A stretch of 64,000 bases of DNA from Nostoc sp. GTDB lineage: Bacteria; Cyanobacteriota; Cyanobacteriia; Cyanobacteriales; Nostocaceae. A model generated the notes under the pieces. It ran no database searches, was not told the DNA's origin, and worked only from the letters and a program-made list of their open reading frames with translations. The position numbers and the translations under genes are program-made. Of this stretch, positions 9,676 through 18,475 are shown piece by piece (the stretch's first letter is position 1; the number at the start of each line of letters is the position of its first letter). The stretch is taken from assembly GCA_036918135.1 (NCBI GenBank), contig JBALDB010000008.1:64001-128000 (forward strand), given 5' to 3'.

Positions 9676-12558
9676 TTAAAAATTGCTCTCTAGCTGTCGG
9701 GCTACAAGTCGGGCAAATAAACCTTCTTGTGCAATCAACTCTGAGAACTTACCCACCTGCACTACATGACCTGCGTCAATTACATAAATCCGGTCTGCAT
9801 GACGAATCGTGCTGAGGCGATGGGCAATCACTACTCTAGTAGCATTTAACTGAGCTAAACTTTCAGTTACAATCGCCTGGGTACGGTTATCAAGGGCGCT
9901 GGTTGCCTCATCCATTAAAATAATTTTCGGCTTGGAGACTAGCGATCGCGCAATCAATAACCTTTGCCGTTGTCCCCCTGAAAGATTATTACCACCCTCT
10001 GCGATTATAGTATGCATTCCCATTGGCATTTGCTTAATATCGTCAGCCAAGCCTGCCATTTGTGCGGCTGACCAGGCTTCTTCAATAGAAACCAAAGCCC
10101 CGGCGGTGATGTTATCAAAAATCGAGCCTGTGCCAATTTTGCCATTTTGCAGTACTACCCCCAACTGTCGCCGCACAGCTTGGAGTTCCATCTCTGCTAA
10201 GTTTTTACCATCATAATAGACACTGCCTGTTAATGGAGTTTCAAAACCCAACAACAAGCGTAATATCGTTGATTTCCCACTTCCAGAAGCGCCCACAATC
10301 GCGATAAATTCTCCTGGTTCGGCATGGATACTGATATCATTGAGAATTAAGCTGCCATTCTCCGAGTAGCGAAAGCTGACACGTTCTAGGGCAATCTGAC
10401 CGTTTAATTGACCGGGGTTAACCTTAGTTGAATCATACTCCGGCTGCGATCGCCAGATTGACTTTGCCCGTTCCCAGATTGGTACAATACTCCAAATCTC
10501 TGATGTAGTATTGCTGAGGTCAATTACCCCTTTGATAAAAATTGCCGAAGCATAGTTAAAAGCAACGAATATACCAAGTGAGAGACGTGTCTGCATCAAC
10601 AGCATGGCAAACCCAAAAAGCAATATAGAATTTATCAAAGGAAGTGCTTCATTAAAGATAGAAACACCATCTTTAATTTGTTGCGAACTCGCTTTCAGCC
10701 GGATCTGCTGGCTGTACTTTTTTGCCCAAGCCGCAAATGCGCGTTCTTCTGCCATCGCTACCCGCAGCTTGGCGACACCGTTGATTAGTTGTACGCTAAG
10801 TCCCTGAATCACGCCATCGAGTTCTAGCTGTTTTTGTGATTTTTTCACCAATAAAAAGCTAGAAATAACAGTAAATATAGCGGCAAAGATGGCTAAACCA
10901 ACTCCCACAAATGCTAATTGCCAGCTGTAAATAAACATTAGCACCAAGTTGAATAAAGCAAAAACTCCACTCAACAAGGTTCTTTGGGTAGCACCGCTAA
11001 GTTTTTGATGAATTTCCCTCACCGCCATCACGCGGTTAACTAAGTCTCCAGAAGTATACTGGCGAAAAAATCCCGGACTTAATCTCAGTAGCCGATCCCA
11101 GATGGCTGGCTGCAATACGCTATCAGTTGCGCTTTCGATGCGTAGGGTAATAATACTTTGGGCAATTTGAAAAGCGAACTGGGCAAAGGCGACTGCAAAC
11201 AGTACTAATCCAATTTGCCAAAGCATTGCGCGATCGCTTTCTGGAATCGCATTATTAATTAAGATAGCCGTTGCTTGGGGCGCGACCATTCCCAATATCG
11301 TGCCTAGTATCCCGACTACAAAAATACTAATGATGTCCTTTTCATAACCCTTGATTCCGAACCGCAGCAGGTCGATGGCGTTGAGTGCCACTTGGGGTAA
11401 TGGTCGATACAAAATATATGCTGTGGCTGTCAGTGTTTTTGCTACTAACTCATTTACAGGTGTGCGAGTCTGTGCTATCGGGTCAAAGATGACATAATCT
11501 CGATTATCTGTAGGCAACAAAGCCACCGGGCGATTTTCCAACTCGGTATAAGCTAACATTGGGCCTTGGTCTTGACGCCACCAGTCGGCTGCCAAAGTAA
11601 TGCGGCGAATCCGAATTTGGGATGCGCGGGCGATCGCTGCCACAGGGTCTTTAATAGCACTAAAATCATCTGCGGGTGGACGAATCTCTATTCCCAATAC
11701 TCGTCCGACTGCTCCCAGTGCTACTAATAGAGGCGGCCCTTGTTCAAAGAGCGCAACTTCTGGCTGCGGCTGCAATACTGTTGCTAAATCTGAGAGTGCG
11801 TTCTCTATTACTTGCTGATTAAATTGTTCTCGTTGTTGAAACTGACGGAATTCTGCTGCCGCTTCCTTATTTGCTAACAAACTGAAGTAGTCAAAGAAAT
11901 AAGTATGTAGGCATACTAAACTTGTAAATATTTCTTCGGTATTTTTGATATCTGCGGTTAGTAATATCTGTCCGATGACCCCATTTTCTGCCTCCAACCA
12001 CATACCACTCGCAAGCGGAAATGCTAGCGAGGTAGAATTAAGTGTTAGTTCCTCAACTCCCATCCAGCGAGTACTTCCTTGCTGCAACTTCACCCACACA
12101 AGTGTTTGCTGCCACAATAGAGCCTCACCACTCGATAATGAAAAATTCTGCTCAAATGCTTCTACAAGATTCAATGGTGTTGTCAAGACTGTTTGCTGAG
12201 AACTTAGAGATTGTCCTAAATGATTTACCCAACCTTGTAAAAGTTGTATGGCTTGAGAGTCAGCCACACCAATTGCCTTAACCAAATCAGCCGTTGACAT
12301 CTGAGATAATTGGGTGGGTTCAATTGCTACGGCTACAAAACCCCATTGGCTTGCTACTACTTCAGGTAACAACGCTGCACCAAACAATGCTTCACCAGCA
12401 CTGACATGGAACAGATAGCGGTCATGCTCCTCAACAGTACCGTTTTTAATAGCTGCAAACACCGCTAATGTTCCAGACTGTACTATCCAAACAGTTTCTA
12501 GGTTATCCAACAGTAATGGTTCGTTTGCCTGAAGGGAGTATATGGGAAGAGGATTCAC
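9676..12558 (-). CDS. NHLP bacteriocin export ABC transporter, permease/ATPase subunit (no active peptidase)
   Basis: N-terminal cNMP-like region, IARASQIRIRRITL..DWWRQDQGPML, ABC TM domain, GASGSGKST, LSGGQRQR, MDEATSALD. Confidence 0.88.
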   Translation of the reverse strand: MNPLPIYSLQANEPLLLDNLETVWIVQSGTLAVFAAIKNGTVEEHDRYLFHVSAGEALFGAALLPEVVASQWGFVAVAIEPTQLSQMSTADLVKAIGVADSQAIQLLQGWVNHLGQSLSSQQTVLTTPLNLVEAFEQNFSLSSGEALLWQQTLVWVKLQQGSTRWMGVEELTLNSTSLAFPLASGMWLEAENGVIGQILLTADIKNTEEIFTSLVCLHTYFFDYFSLLANKEAAAEFRQFQQREQFNQQVIENALSDLATVLQPQPEVALFEQGPPLLVALGAVGRVLGIEIRPPADDFSAIKDPVAAIARASQIRIRRITLAADWWRQDQGPMLAYTELENRPVALLPTDNRDYVIFDPIAQTRTPVNELVAKTLTATAYILYRPLPQVALNAIDLLRFGIKGYEKDIISIFVVGILGTILGMVAPQATAILINNAIPESDRAMLWQIGLVLFAVAFAQFAFQIAQSIITLRIESATDSVLQPAIWDRLLRLSPGFFRQYTSGDLVNRVMAVREIHQKLSGATQRTLLSGVFALFNLVLMFIYSWQLAFVGVGLAIFAAIFTVISSFLLVKKSQKQLELDGVIQGLSVQLINGVAKLRVAMAEERAFAAWAKKYSQQIRLKASSQQIKDGVSIFNEALPLINSILLFGFAMLLMQTRLSLGIFVAFNYASAIFIKGVIDLSNTTSEIWSIVPIWERAKSIWRSQPEYDSTKVNPGQLNGQIALERVSFRYSENGSLILNDISIHAEPGEFIAIVGASGSGKSTILRLLLGFETPLTGSVYYDGKNLAEMELQAVRRQLGVVLQNGKIGTGSIFDNITAGALVSIEEAWSAAQMAGLADDIKQMPMGMHTIIAEGGNNLSGGQRQRLLIARSLVSKPKIILMDEATSALDNRTQAIVTESLAQLNATRVVIAHRLSTIRHADRIYVIDAGHVVQVGKFSELIAQEGLFARLVARQLESNF

Positions 12559-12581
12559 TTCTAGTAAAAAGGTGGCTTGGG

Positions 12582-13955
12582 TTATAAATTTCCAGACAAG
12601 TCTGTTGTACCCTGGTTGTCTTTTTCATTATGCATTGGCACAACCAACACTTTATCTATTCGGTTTCCATCCATATCAATTACTTCAAAGCGTAGTCCCG
12701 CCCATTCAAAATGTTCAGCTAGCAAGGGAATGTGTCCAAGCTGGTTGACAATAAATCCCCCTAAAGTTTGATAGTTGATCCCTGCCCCTGGTGGCAACTT
12801 TCTGATGTCTAAAATCTCTTTAAGCTCGTCAATCGGCAATAGTCCATCTAATAACCAAGACCCATCCTCACGTCTGACTACGTCGGGGTCAGCTAGCTCT
12901 TCACTAGATGGGATATCACCCACGATCGCTTCTACAATATCAGTAAGTGTAACCAAACCCTGTGTTACGCCGTATTCATCCACAATTAAAGCAAGGTGAG
13001 TGCCAGATTTCTTAAATAACTCTAAGAGTTTCAAAGCCTTCATGCTTTCGGGCACATATAAAAGCGGTTTTAATAAGGCTTGCAACTCAATGACTTGAGT
13101 TGGATTTTGGGATAAAAATTCTTTGGTTTGCATGATACCTAACAAGTTATCAACGCTCTCCTGACCGACTGGGAAGAAAGAATGAACACTTTCAATGACT
13201 TGGCTGCGGATTTTTGAGAGCGGATCGTCGATATCAAGCCAGACCATCTCTGTGCGTGGTGTCATAAATGCACTAACTTGTCGGTCGCCAAGGCTAAATA
13301 CTCGCTCTACTACATCTTGTTCAGCTTCCCCCAGCAGACCGGCTTCATGGCTAGCCGCCACTAAAAGCTTCAATTCTTCAGTGGAATGAAGTAATCCTTC
13401 GCCACTTCCTGGTTCCAAGCCTATCAGCTTCAGAACGAAATTTCCTAAATTATTCAAAGCTTCGACGGCTGGGCGAAATACAGCTAAGTATAGTTCTAAA
13501 AGATAGATCACTGCGAAGGCAGTTCTTTCCGTGCGCTGGAGTGCTAGACTCTTCGGAGCCAATTCTCCCAAGACGATGTGAAGAGACGTAATGATTGTGA
13601 AGGCAATTAGTACTGATAAAGTATGGGCGCTAGTTTGGGATAAAGATTTCGGCAGCCAGTGGAAAGCAGGTTCGAGGAGTACAGCAAGTGCTGGTTCCCC
13701 AAGCCAACCTAAGCCCAAGGATGACATGGTAACGCCAAGTTGGGTAGCTGCTAGATAAGCATCCAAGTTATTCACTGCCCGTTGTAAAGCTTTTGCACGG
13801 GGATGGTCTTCTGCAACCAACTGCTCGACACGACTACGGCGGAGGGCAACCAACGCAAATTCCGCTGCCACAAAGAATCCGTTGGCTAGCACCAAGAAAA
13901 TTACAGATAATAATTTGCCCGCAGTAAACCAACTCAATGGACTGTTCATGACCAT
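12582..13955 (-). CDS. Hemolysin-family/CNNM (DUF21-CBS-CBS-CorC_HlyC) membrane protein
   Basis: NGFFVAAEFALV, TQLGVT, GELAPKSLA, MTPR, VDEYG, DIVEAIVGDI, TLGGF. Confidence 0.92.
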   Translation of the reverse strand: MVMNSPLSWFTAGKLLSVIFLVLANGFFVAAEFALVALRRSRVEQLVAEDHPRAKALQRAVNNLDAYLAATQLGVTMSSLGLGWLGEPALAVLLEPAFHWLPKSLSQTSAHTLSVLIAFTIITSLHIVLGELAPKSLALQRTERTAFAVIYLLELYLAVFRPAVEALNNLGNFVLKLIGLEPGSGEGLLHSTEELKLLVAASHEAGLLGEAEQDVVERVFSLGDRQVSAFMTPRTEMVWLDIDDPLSKIRSQVIESVHSFFPVGQESVDNLLGIMQTKEFLSQNPTQVIELQALLKPLLYVPESMKALKLLELFKKSGTHLALIVDEYGVTQGLVTLTDIVEAIVGDIPSSEELADPDVVRREDGSWLLDGLLPIDELKEILDIRKLPPGAGINYQTLGGFIVNQLGHIPLLAEHFEWAGLRFEVIDMDGNRIDKVLVVPMHNEKDNQGTTDLSGNL

Positions 13956-13988
13956 TTATTATAATGAATTTCAAATAACGAATTGGTA

Positions 13989-16307
13989 TTATGCCTTTGC
14001 TACGTGAAGTAAACTAACATAAGTTCCGCCTTGCTGCCATAATTCCTCATGAGTGCCACGTTGCACGATTTTACCTTGCTCCAGCACAATAATTTCATGG
14101 CAATCGCGAATTGTGCTGAGGCGGTGGGCTACTACAATACACGAACAACCACGTTCTTGCAAATTGCGGTTAATAATCAACTCAGTTTCGGCATCCAAGG
14201 CGCTGGTTGCCTCATCTAATACTAACACTGTAGGCTTTCTCACCAAAGCGCGGGCGATTTCTAAACGTTGGCGTTGTCCACCACTAATATTCATACCACC
14301 CTCAATTAACTCGAAGTCATATTTGCTTGGTAGTGAGGCGATCGCCTCATGAATAGCTGCATCCTGGCAAGCCTGCACCAAATCAGCTTCAGACACAGTA
14401 GAATCCCAAAGCGTAATATTTTCCCGCACAGTCCCGGCAAATAAAAAGATATCCTGTTCGACCATTGCCAACGAGTTAGCCAACACAGAACGCTTAATTT
14501 GCGATCGCCCTACACCATCAAAGCAGATTTCGCCCTGCCAGGGCTGATAAAGCCCACAAATTAATTTCGCAATTGTAGATTTACCAGAACCACTTCCCCC
14601 CACAAGCGCTATCCGTTGCCCTGGCTTGATAACTAAGCTGAAATTTTCAATTAAAGGAGGTTCAACGCGACTGTACCCAAAGGTGACATTCCGTAACTCA
14701 ACATTACCCTGTAATTGCCAGAGAGATGAGAAAGAAAAAGGACGCGGGAATGAGGGGGATAAGGGGGATGACGAGGATAAAGAAGTATTTTCTCCCCCTG
14801 CTCCCCCTGCCTCCCCTGCCCCCTGCCCCCTGCCCCCTGCCTCCTGCCTCTCCTCCACTTCCAAGTCAACGGGATTTTGCAACACGTCATCAAGGCGGTT
14901 TAAGTCGGCTTCTAAATCTTGGAGTGTACTGCCGAAATTGACAAGACTATTAACTGGCTCTAAGAAGCTTAGTGTTAAACTTTGGTAGGCAACGAGCATC
15001 CCAATACTAAGATTGCCGTTCATAACTTGTAACCCACCAACCAGCAGAATAGAAGCTGTGGTTAAGGCTGTCAAAATTGTGGGTAATGCGGTGAGAATTT
15101 GAGTCTGTAAGTCTAATTCTTGTTGGGCGTTGAGTGCTTTAGCGTAATAACCAGCAAACCGAGCAAATAAATCTGACTCTAGCCCAGAAGCTTTGATGGT
15201 TTCTATTGTTTGGATGCCGCTAACCGTTACACCACCGACTTTGCCATATTCCTGAGCCAGTCGCATATTGGCATCGACGCGAGTTTGCGATAAGAATAGC
15301 AAGGCAAAAATATTGATGGCAGCAAAACCAACTGCGATCGCACTCAGCAATAGGTCATACTGAATCATAATCAGCAAATAAAAGACCATCATCACTGCAT
15401 CAATGATTGTAGTTGCCAAAGGCCCTGAAAGTCTTTGTGCTACCCGGTCATTGAGTTGTATCCGGCTGCTGATTTCTCCAGCAAAGCGCTGGTCGTAAAA
15501 CCCAATAGGCAATCGCAAAATATGCCAGAGAAACTGCCCTGAGGTGCTAACTGACAACTTAACCATCAATCGCCGCAGGTAGGTAAGCCGCAATCTGGCA
15601 AGAAACGCCCGTAAGATTGCAGTTATACCCATTCCTAACAACAAGGGTCGTAGCCACTGCTGTCGGTCTTGGACTAAAATCTCATCAATAAATACTTGGG
15701 AAAAGGCTGGTACTGCTAACCGAGGCAGCGTTAACAGCAACCCTGCCAGCAAGCAAAATATAATAGTTCCGCGTGAGTTTTGTAAGCGGGTACTTAAAGC
15801 TGAAATAACGTGATTTTTTTTCCCCTCTTTCTGGAAATCCGCGCCAGGTTCCATTACCAGAACAACACCAGTGTAAGCGCGGTCAAACTCTTCCCAACTA
15901 ACTGTTCTCCGACCACTAGCGGGATCGTTGAGATAGACGCGTTTTTTGCTATATCCTTCTACTACAAGAAAATGGTTAAAATTCCAAAAGGCAATGTAGG
16001 GGAGACGCATAGTTGTCGCCTTTTCCAGAGATACTTTTAAACCTTTAGCATTGAGTCCATAGTTTTTAGCAGCTTTAATGATATTAAAAGCTTTGCTCCC
16101 ATCCCGTGAAACACCGCATTCTTCACGCAGTTTAGCCAGTGGCACAATCCGACCATAATAGCTGAGAATTATTCCCAGAGCAGCCGCACCACACTCAACC
16201 GCTTCCATTTGCAAAAGTGTAGAAGTGCGGACACGATACGATTTAAATTTGGGGATTGGGGAAGGTGAGGTCCCTGCTGGGGATAAGGGGTAATGGGGAT
16301 TAGGCAT
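13989..16307 (-). CDS. NHLP bacteriocin export ABC transporter, C39 peptidase/permease/ATPase subunit
   Basis: LQMEAVECGAAAL (C39 Cys), WNFNHFLVV (His), LNDPA (Asp), GGSGSGKST, ISGGQRQR; start codon uncertain because the N-terminus is STRR-derived. Confidence 0.9.
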   Translation of the reverse strand: MPNPHYPLSPAGTSPSPIPKFKSYRVRTSTLLQMEAVECGAAALGIILSYYGRIVPLAKLREECGVSRDGSKAFNIIKAAKNYGLNAKGLKVSLEKATTMRLPYIAFWNFNHFLVVEGYSKKRVYLNDPASGRRTVSWEEFDRAYTGVVLVMEPGADFQKEGKKNHVISALSTRLQNSRGTIIFCLLAGLLLTLPRLAVPAFSQVFIDEILVQDRQQWLRPLLLGMGITAILRAFLARLRLTYLRRLMVKLSVSTSGQFLWHILRLPIGFYDQRFAGEISSRIQLNDRVAQRLSGPLATTIIDAVMMVFYLLIMIQYDLLLSAIAVGFAAINIFALLFLSQTRVDANMRLAQEYGKVGGVTVSGIQTIETIKASGLESDLFARFAGYYAKALNAQQELDLQTQILTALPTILTALTTASILLVGGLQVMNGNLSIGMLVAYQSLTLSFLEPVNSLVNFGSTLQDLEADLNRLDDVLQNPVDLEVEERQEAGGRGQGAGEAGGAGGENTSLSSSSPLSPSFPRPFSFSSLWQLQGNVELRNVTFGYSRVEPPLIENFSLVIKPGQRIALVGGSGSGKSTIAKLICGLYQPWQGEICFDGVGRSQIKRSVLANSLAMVEQDIFLFAGTVRENITLWDSTVSEADLVQACQDAAIHEAIASLPSKYDFELIEGGMNISGGQRQRLEIARALVRKPTVLVLDEATSALDAETELIINRNLQERGCSCIVVAHRLSTIRDCHEIIVLEQGKIVQRGTHEELWQQGGTYVSLLHVAKA
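14725..14850. repeat. STRR-type low-complexity insert inside the C39-ABC gene, in frame
   Basis: cccctgc/ccctgcc heptamers encode QEAGGRGQGAGEAGGAGGENTSLSSSSPLSPS in the TMD-NBD linker. Confidence 0.7.
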
Positions 16308-16345
16308 TGGGGATTGGGAACTAGGGGCTAAGGAGTTATATCAAT

Positions 16346-16567
16346 TCACTCTAGCGATCGCTTTCGACATTCGGGGCAATTAACAGTGGTAGCCAGCGAT
16401 GAAGCGTGAGTGTAAATCACCCTTTCACCGCATACGGCTACTAAAATCGCTTTTCTTCCCCAGTTCCCAGGAACGTAATGAATTGTTCTTCCCACTCTTG
16501 GCACAACTCCACCACCCTGTGAATATATTTCTTGGGAATCCTCACCGACTGAGTGGGCGATTTCCAC
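16346..16567 (-). CDS. Small Cys/His (putative Zn-binding) protein, paralog A; true start probably near 16495
   Basis: IHYVPGNW...VAVCGERV....ASSL...NCPEC aligns with 17477-17677. Confidence 0.6.
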   Translation of the reverse strand: MEIAHSVGEDSQEIYSQGGGVVPRVGRTIHYVPGNWGRKAILVAVCGERVIYTHASSLATTVNCPECRKRSLE

Positions 16568-17484
16568 TTAGACTTTCTTCCTTGTCCATTGCCAGCACCA
16601 GCAGTACGCGGCGGCGGTCTGCGTTTTTGTACGTTATCGTTGACCGCCGCATGGATGCGCTGCTGATAATCGTGCGCCATTGGTATGTCCGGCTTTGGGT
16701 CGGGCTGAAATCTGCGGGGGTAACTCCATGCCATTGAGTCAGCAGAATGGAGAAATGAGCGCACCTCGGGATTTTGTAGCGCCAGCATTTTCAAACCGAA
16801 CCAGTGAAGTCGTAGGTCGGGGCGGATTAACTTGATTGAGCGCAAAATATCAGCGACCTCTTGAGGATTTCCGTTTCTGCGGCAAACTGACCCCACGCCC
16901 ACCCATAATCCAGGAATGAGGCGGGTATTGTAGTCGTTCAAGTGCTTGAGATAGTCAGAGATTCTATACCCCTGAAGTACGGGCATAATTTCAACTATCG
17001 GCTTAAGCTTGATTAACCGATCATAGCGTTCAATGGTTAAACGCTGGTGGTCATCTACAGATAAGCCAGTTCGCGCCAAAGCGAAGGGTTCACACATCCA
17101 GTCTTGGGCGACAGTACACAGCAGGTGTCCACACTGTGCCCATCGGTTAATTTGCCAATAATACTGCTCAACGCCGTGCCGATAGCCTCCATGTCGAGCC
17201 ACCTCCGTGAATGCGCCACTGTCCAGAATCCAGTCCCCACAATCGAAGTTACTTTTGCGGTCGCGCAACGCGTTGACGGAAACCATCACCCCTGCTGCGG
17301 GGTAGCCGGGGCTAATGATTCGACTTGCCAGTGACGGGCTACTGCCAATGAAAAACAGCGGCGTACCGAAAGATGATTTCGTACACAATCGCTCGGAGAT
17401 CGCCACATGATTTTGTACGCAATCAGAAACAGACCTATGGTGATTTTGTACGTTATCGTCAAAGGTGGTCATAGTCTCACTCAT
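16441..17484 (-). CDS. tRNA-guanine transglycosylase-like (DpdA-like) protein with C-terminal putative DNA-binding tail
   Basis: ILDSGAF, VAQDWMCEP, MPVLQG, VGVGSVCRR, LHWFGLK and SADSMAWS match the TGT barrel motif order; tail GAGNGQGRKSKWKSPTQSVRIP. Confidence 0.75.
   Translation of the reverse strand: MSETMTTFDDNVQNHHRSVSDCVQNHVAISERLCTKSSFGTPLFFIGSSPSLASRIISPGYPAAGVMVSVNALRDRKSNFDCGDWILDSGAFTEVARHGGYRHGVEQYYWQINRWAQCGHLLCTVAQDWMCEPFALARTGLSVDDHQRLTIERYDRLIKLKPIVEIMPVLQGYRISDYLKHLNDYNTRLIPGLWVGVGSVCRRNGNPQEVADILRSIKLIRPDLRLHWFGLKMLALQNPEVRSFLHSADSMAWSYPRRFQPDPKPDIPMAHDYQQRIHAAVNDNVQKRRPPPRTAGAGNGQGRKSKWKSPTQSVRIPKKYIHRVVELCQEWEEQFITFLGTGEEKRF
17374..17459. repeat. Three imperfect 17 bp direct repeats at 33-34 bp spacing (fourth copy at 16625-16640)
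   Basis: tgatttcgtacacaatc (17374), tgattttgtacgcaatc (17408), tgattttgtacgttatc (17441); ttttgtacgttatcgt recurs exactly at 16625. Confidence 0.7.
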
Positions 17485-17677
17485 ATTCCACCCGATCTGT
17501 TGCTATCGGTTTCAAAGTTTGCTTCCATATTTCTTTGCACTCAGGGCAGTTAGTAAAAAGTGATGACGCTTCCCCATAACTAACTGTCCTGCCACAAACA
17601 GCCTTTACGTAAAATTCTCCATTCCAGCCCCCAGGAACGTAATGAGTTATTTGCTTTGACATTTTCTCTAACCTCAT
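17477..17677 (-). CDS. Small Cys/His (putative Zn-binding) protein, paralog B
   Basis: ITHYVPGGW...KAVCGRTV....ASSL..NCPEC; start ATG 17677 or 17662 chosen because the upstream pseudogene frame ends at 17682. Confidence 0.6.
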   Translation of the reverse strand: MRLEKMSKQITHYVPGGWNGEFYVKAVCGRTVSYGEASSLFTNCPECKEIWKQTLKPIATDRVEYE

Positions 17678-17681
17678 TTTG

Positions 17682-18110
17682 TCAACAACTTTGGAGGACA
17701 GCGGGCTGGGAAGTGAGTAACAACTCAGATACTTGTTTGCAGTGCCCTTGTATCGCCTCGTCCCATGTTGCATAACGATAGATCTGACTGCCTTGATTGC
17801 TGGTAACTACCGTTTCAAAAACAAGTGGTGGACCTTTGTCGCCGTTAAGCCTTTAGTTCAAACCTAAAAACACTGTTGAGACTACAGCGGGTTCAGCCAA
17901 AGTAAGAGCAATCTGAACTTCATTTGATGCTCTCCAAGTCACCCATTCTTTAAATGTAACTGGGATAGGCGTACGTCCTTCTAGTTTGTAGTAGTGACTT
18001 GGTTTTGTTATTTTTAATTTTTCAAAGCAGTCTTTACAGATAGCAGTTGACGACAACTCCATTAAATAGGCTGTTTTTTTGCAATCATTACAAGTTCCGA
18101 TCGTTGCCTG
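17682..18110 (-). pseudogene. Phage-type protein with N-terminal CxxC-CxxC, broken by in-frame TAA at 17853-17855
   Basis: One frame reads TCNDCKK...ICKDC...VSTVFLGLN*RLNGDKGPPLVFETVV...YRYATWDEAIQGH; the STVFLG..PLxFET..RYxTWxEA..GH pattern (recalled from phage hypothetical proteins) spans the stop. Confidence 0.65.
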
Positions 18111-18132
18111 TTAGGTAATAGGGATTTAGCTT

Positions 18133-18156
18133 AAAATGCCATGTTACACAGCATTT
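18133..18156. promoter_or_regulatory. Palindromic operator-like site just upstream of the 104-aa ORF, with a second copy at 18288-18310
   Basis: aaaatgccatgttacacagcatt versus aaaatgccatgtcacacggcatt (21/23 identical); both have inverted arms. Confidence 0.5.
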
Positions 18157-18160
18157 TTTT

Positions 18161-18475
18161 ATGGACAAATATAAAAACTCAACAACTTGGACGGGTAGCG
18201 CTTGGCGCAGTGGAGAAACTAAAACGATTCGCGTCCCCATTGCTTTAGAAGAAAAAATCATGGCTTATGCTAGGGCGATAGATCGAGAAAATGCCATGTC
18301 ACACGGCATTGTAGGCGAGATAATCTTGAGCGCGATCGCCGACTACATCAAAATGCGCCAGCAGAATCTTCACCCAAACCAACATTCTAAAGGCAAGGGT
18401 CTCTCTACGCGATCGCGTATTTGGGACGAACTGCGGCGGTTCGAGTCTTGGATTGAAGCAGTAAGAAACAAGTAG
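18161..18475 (+). CDS. Small putative DNA-binding (ribbon-helix-helix-like) protein
   Basis: WRSGETKTIRVPIALEEKIMAYARAID is a strand-helix pattern similar to the tail of 16441-17484. Confidence 0.6.
   Translation: MDKYKNSTTWTGSAWRSGETKTIRVPIALEEKIMAYARAIDRENAMSHGIVGEIILSAIADYIKMRQQNLHPNQHSKGKGLSTRSRIWDELRRFESWIEAVRNK

Noticed and set aside
17374..17459. Possible mini-CRISPR
   Set aside because: Repeats are only ~17 bp, imperfect, with ~16 bp gaps; reported as iteron/operator-like instead.
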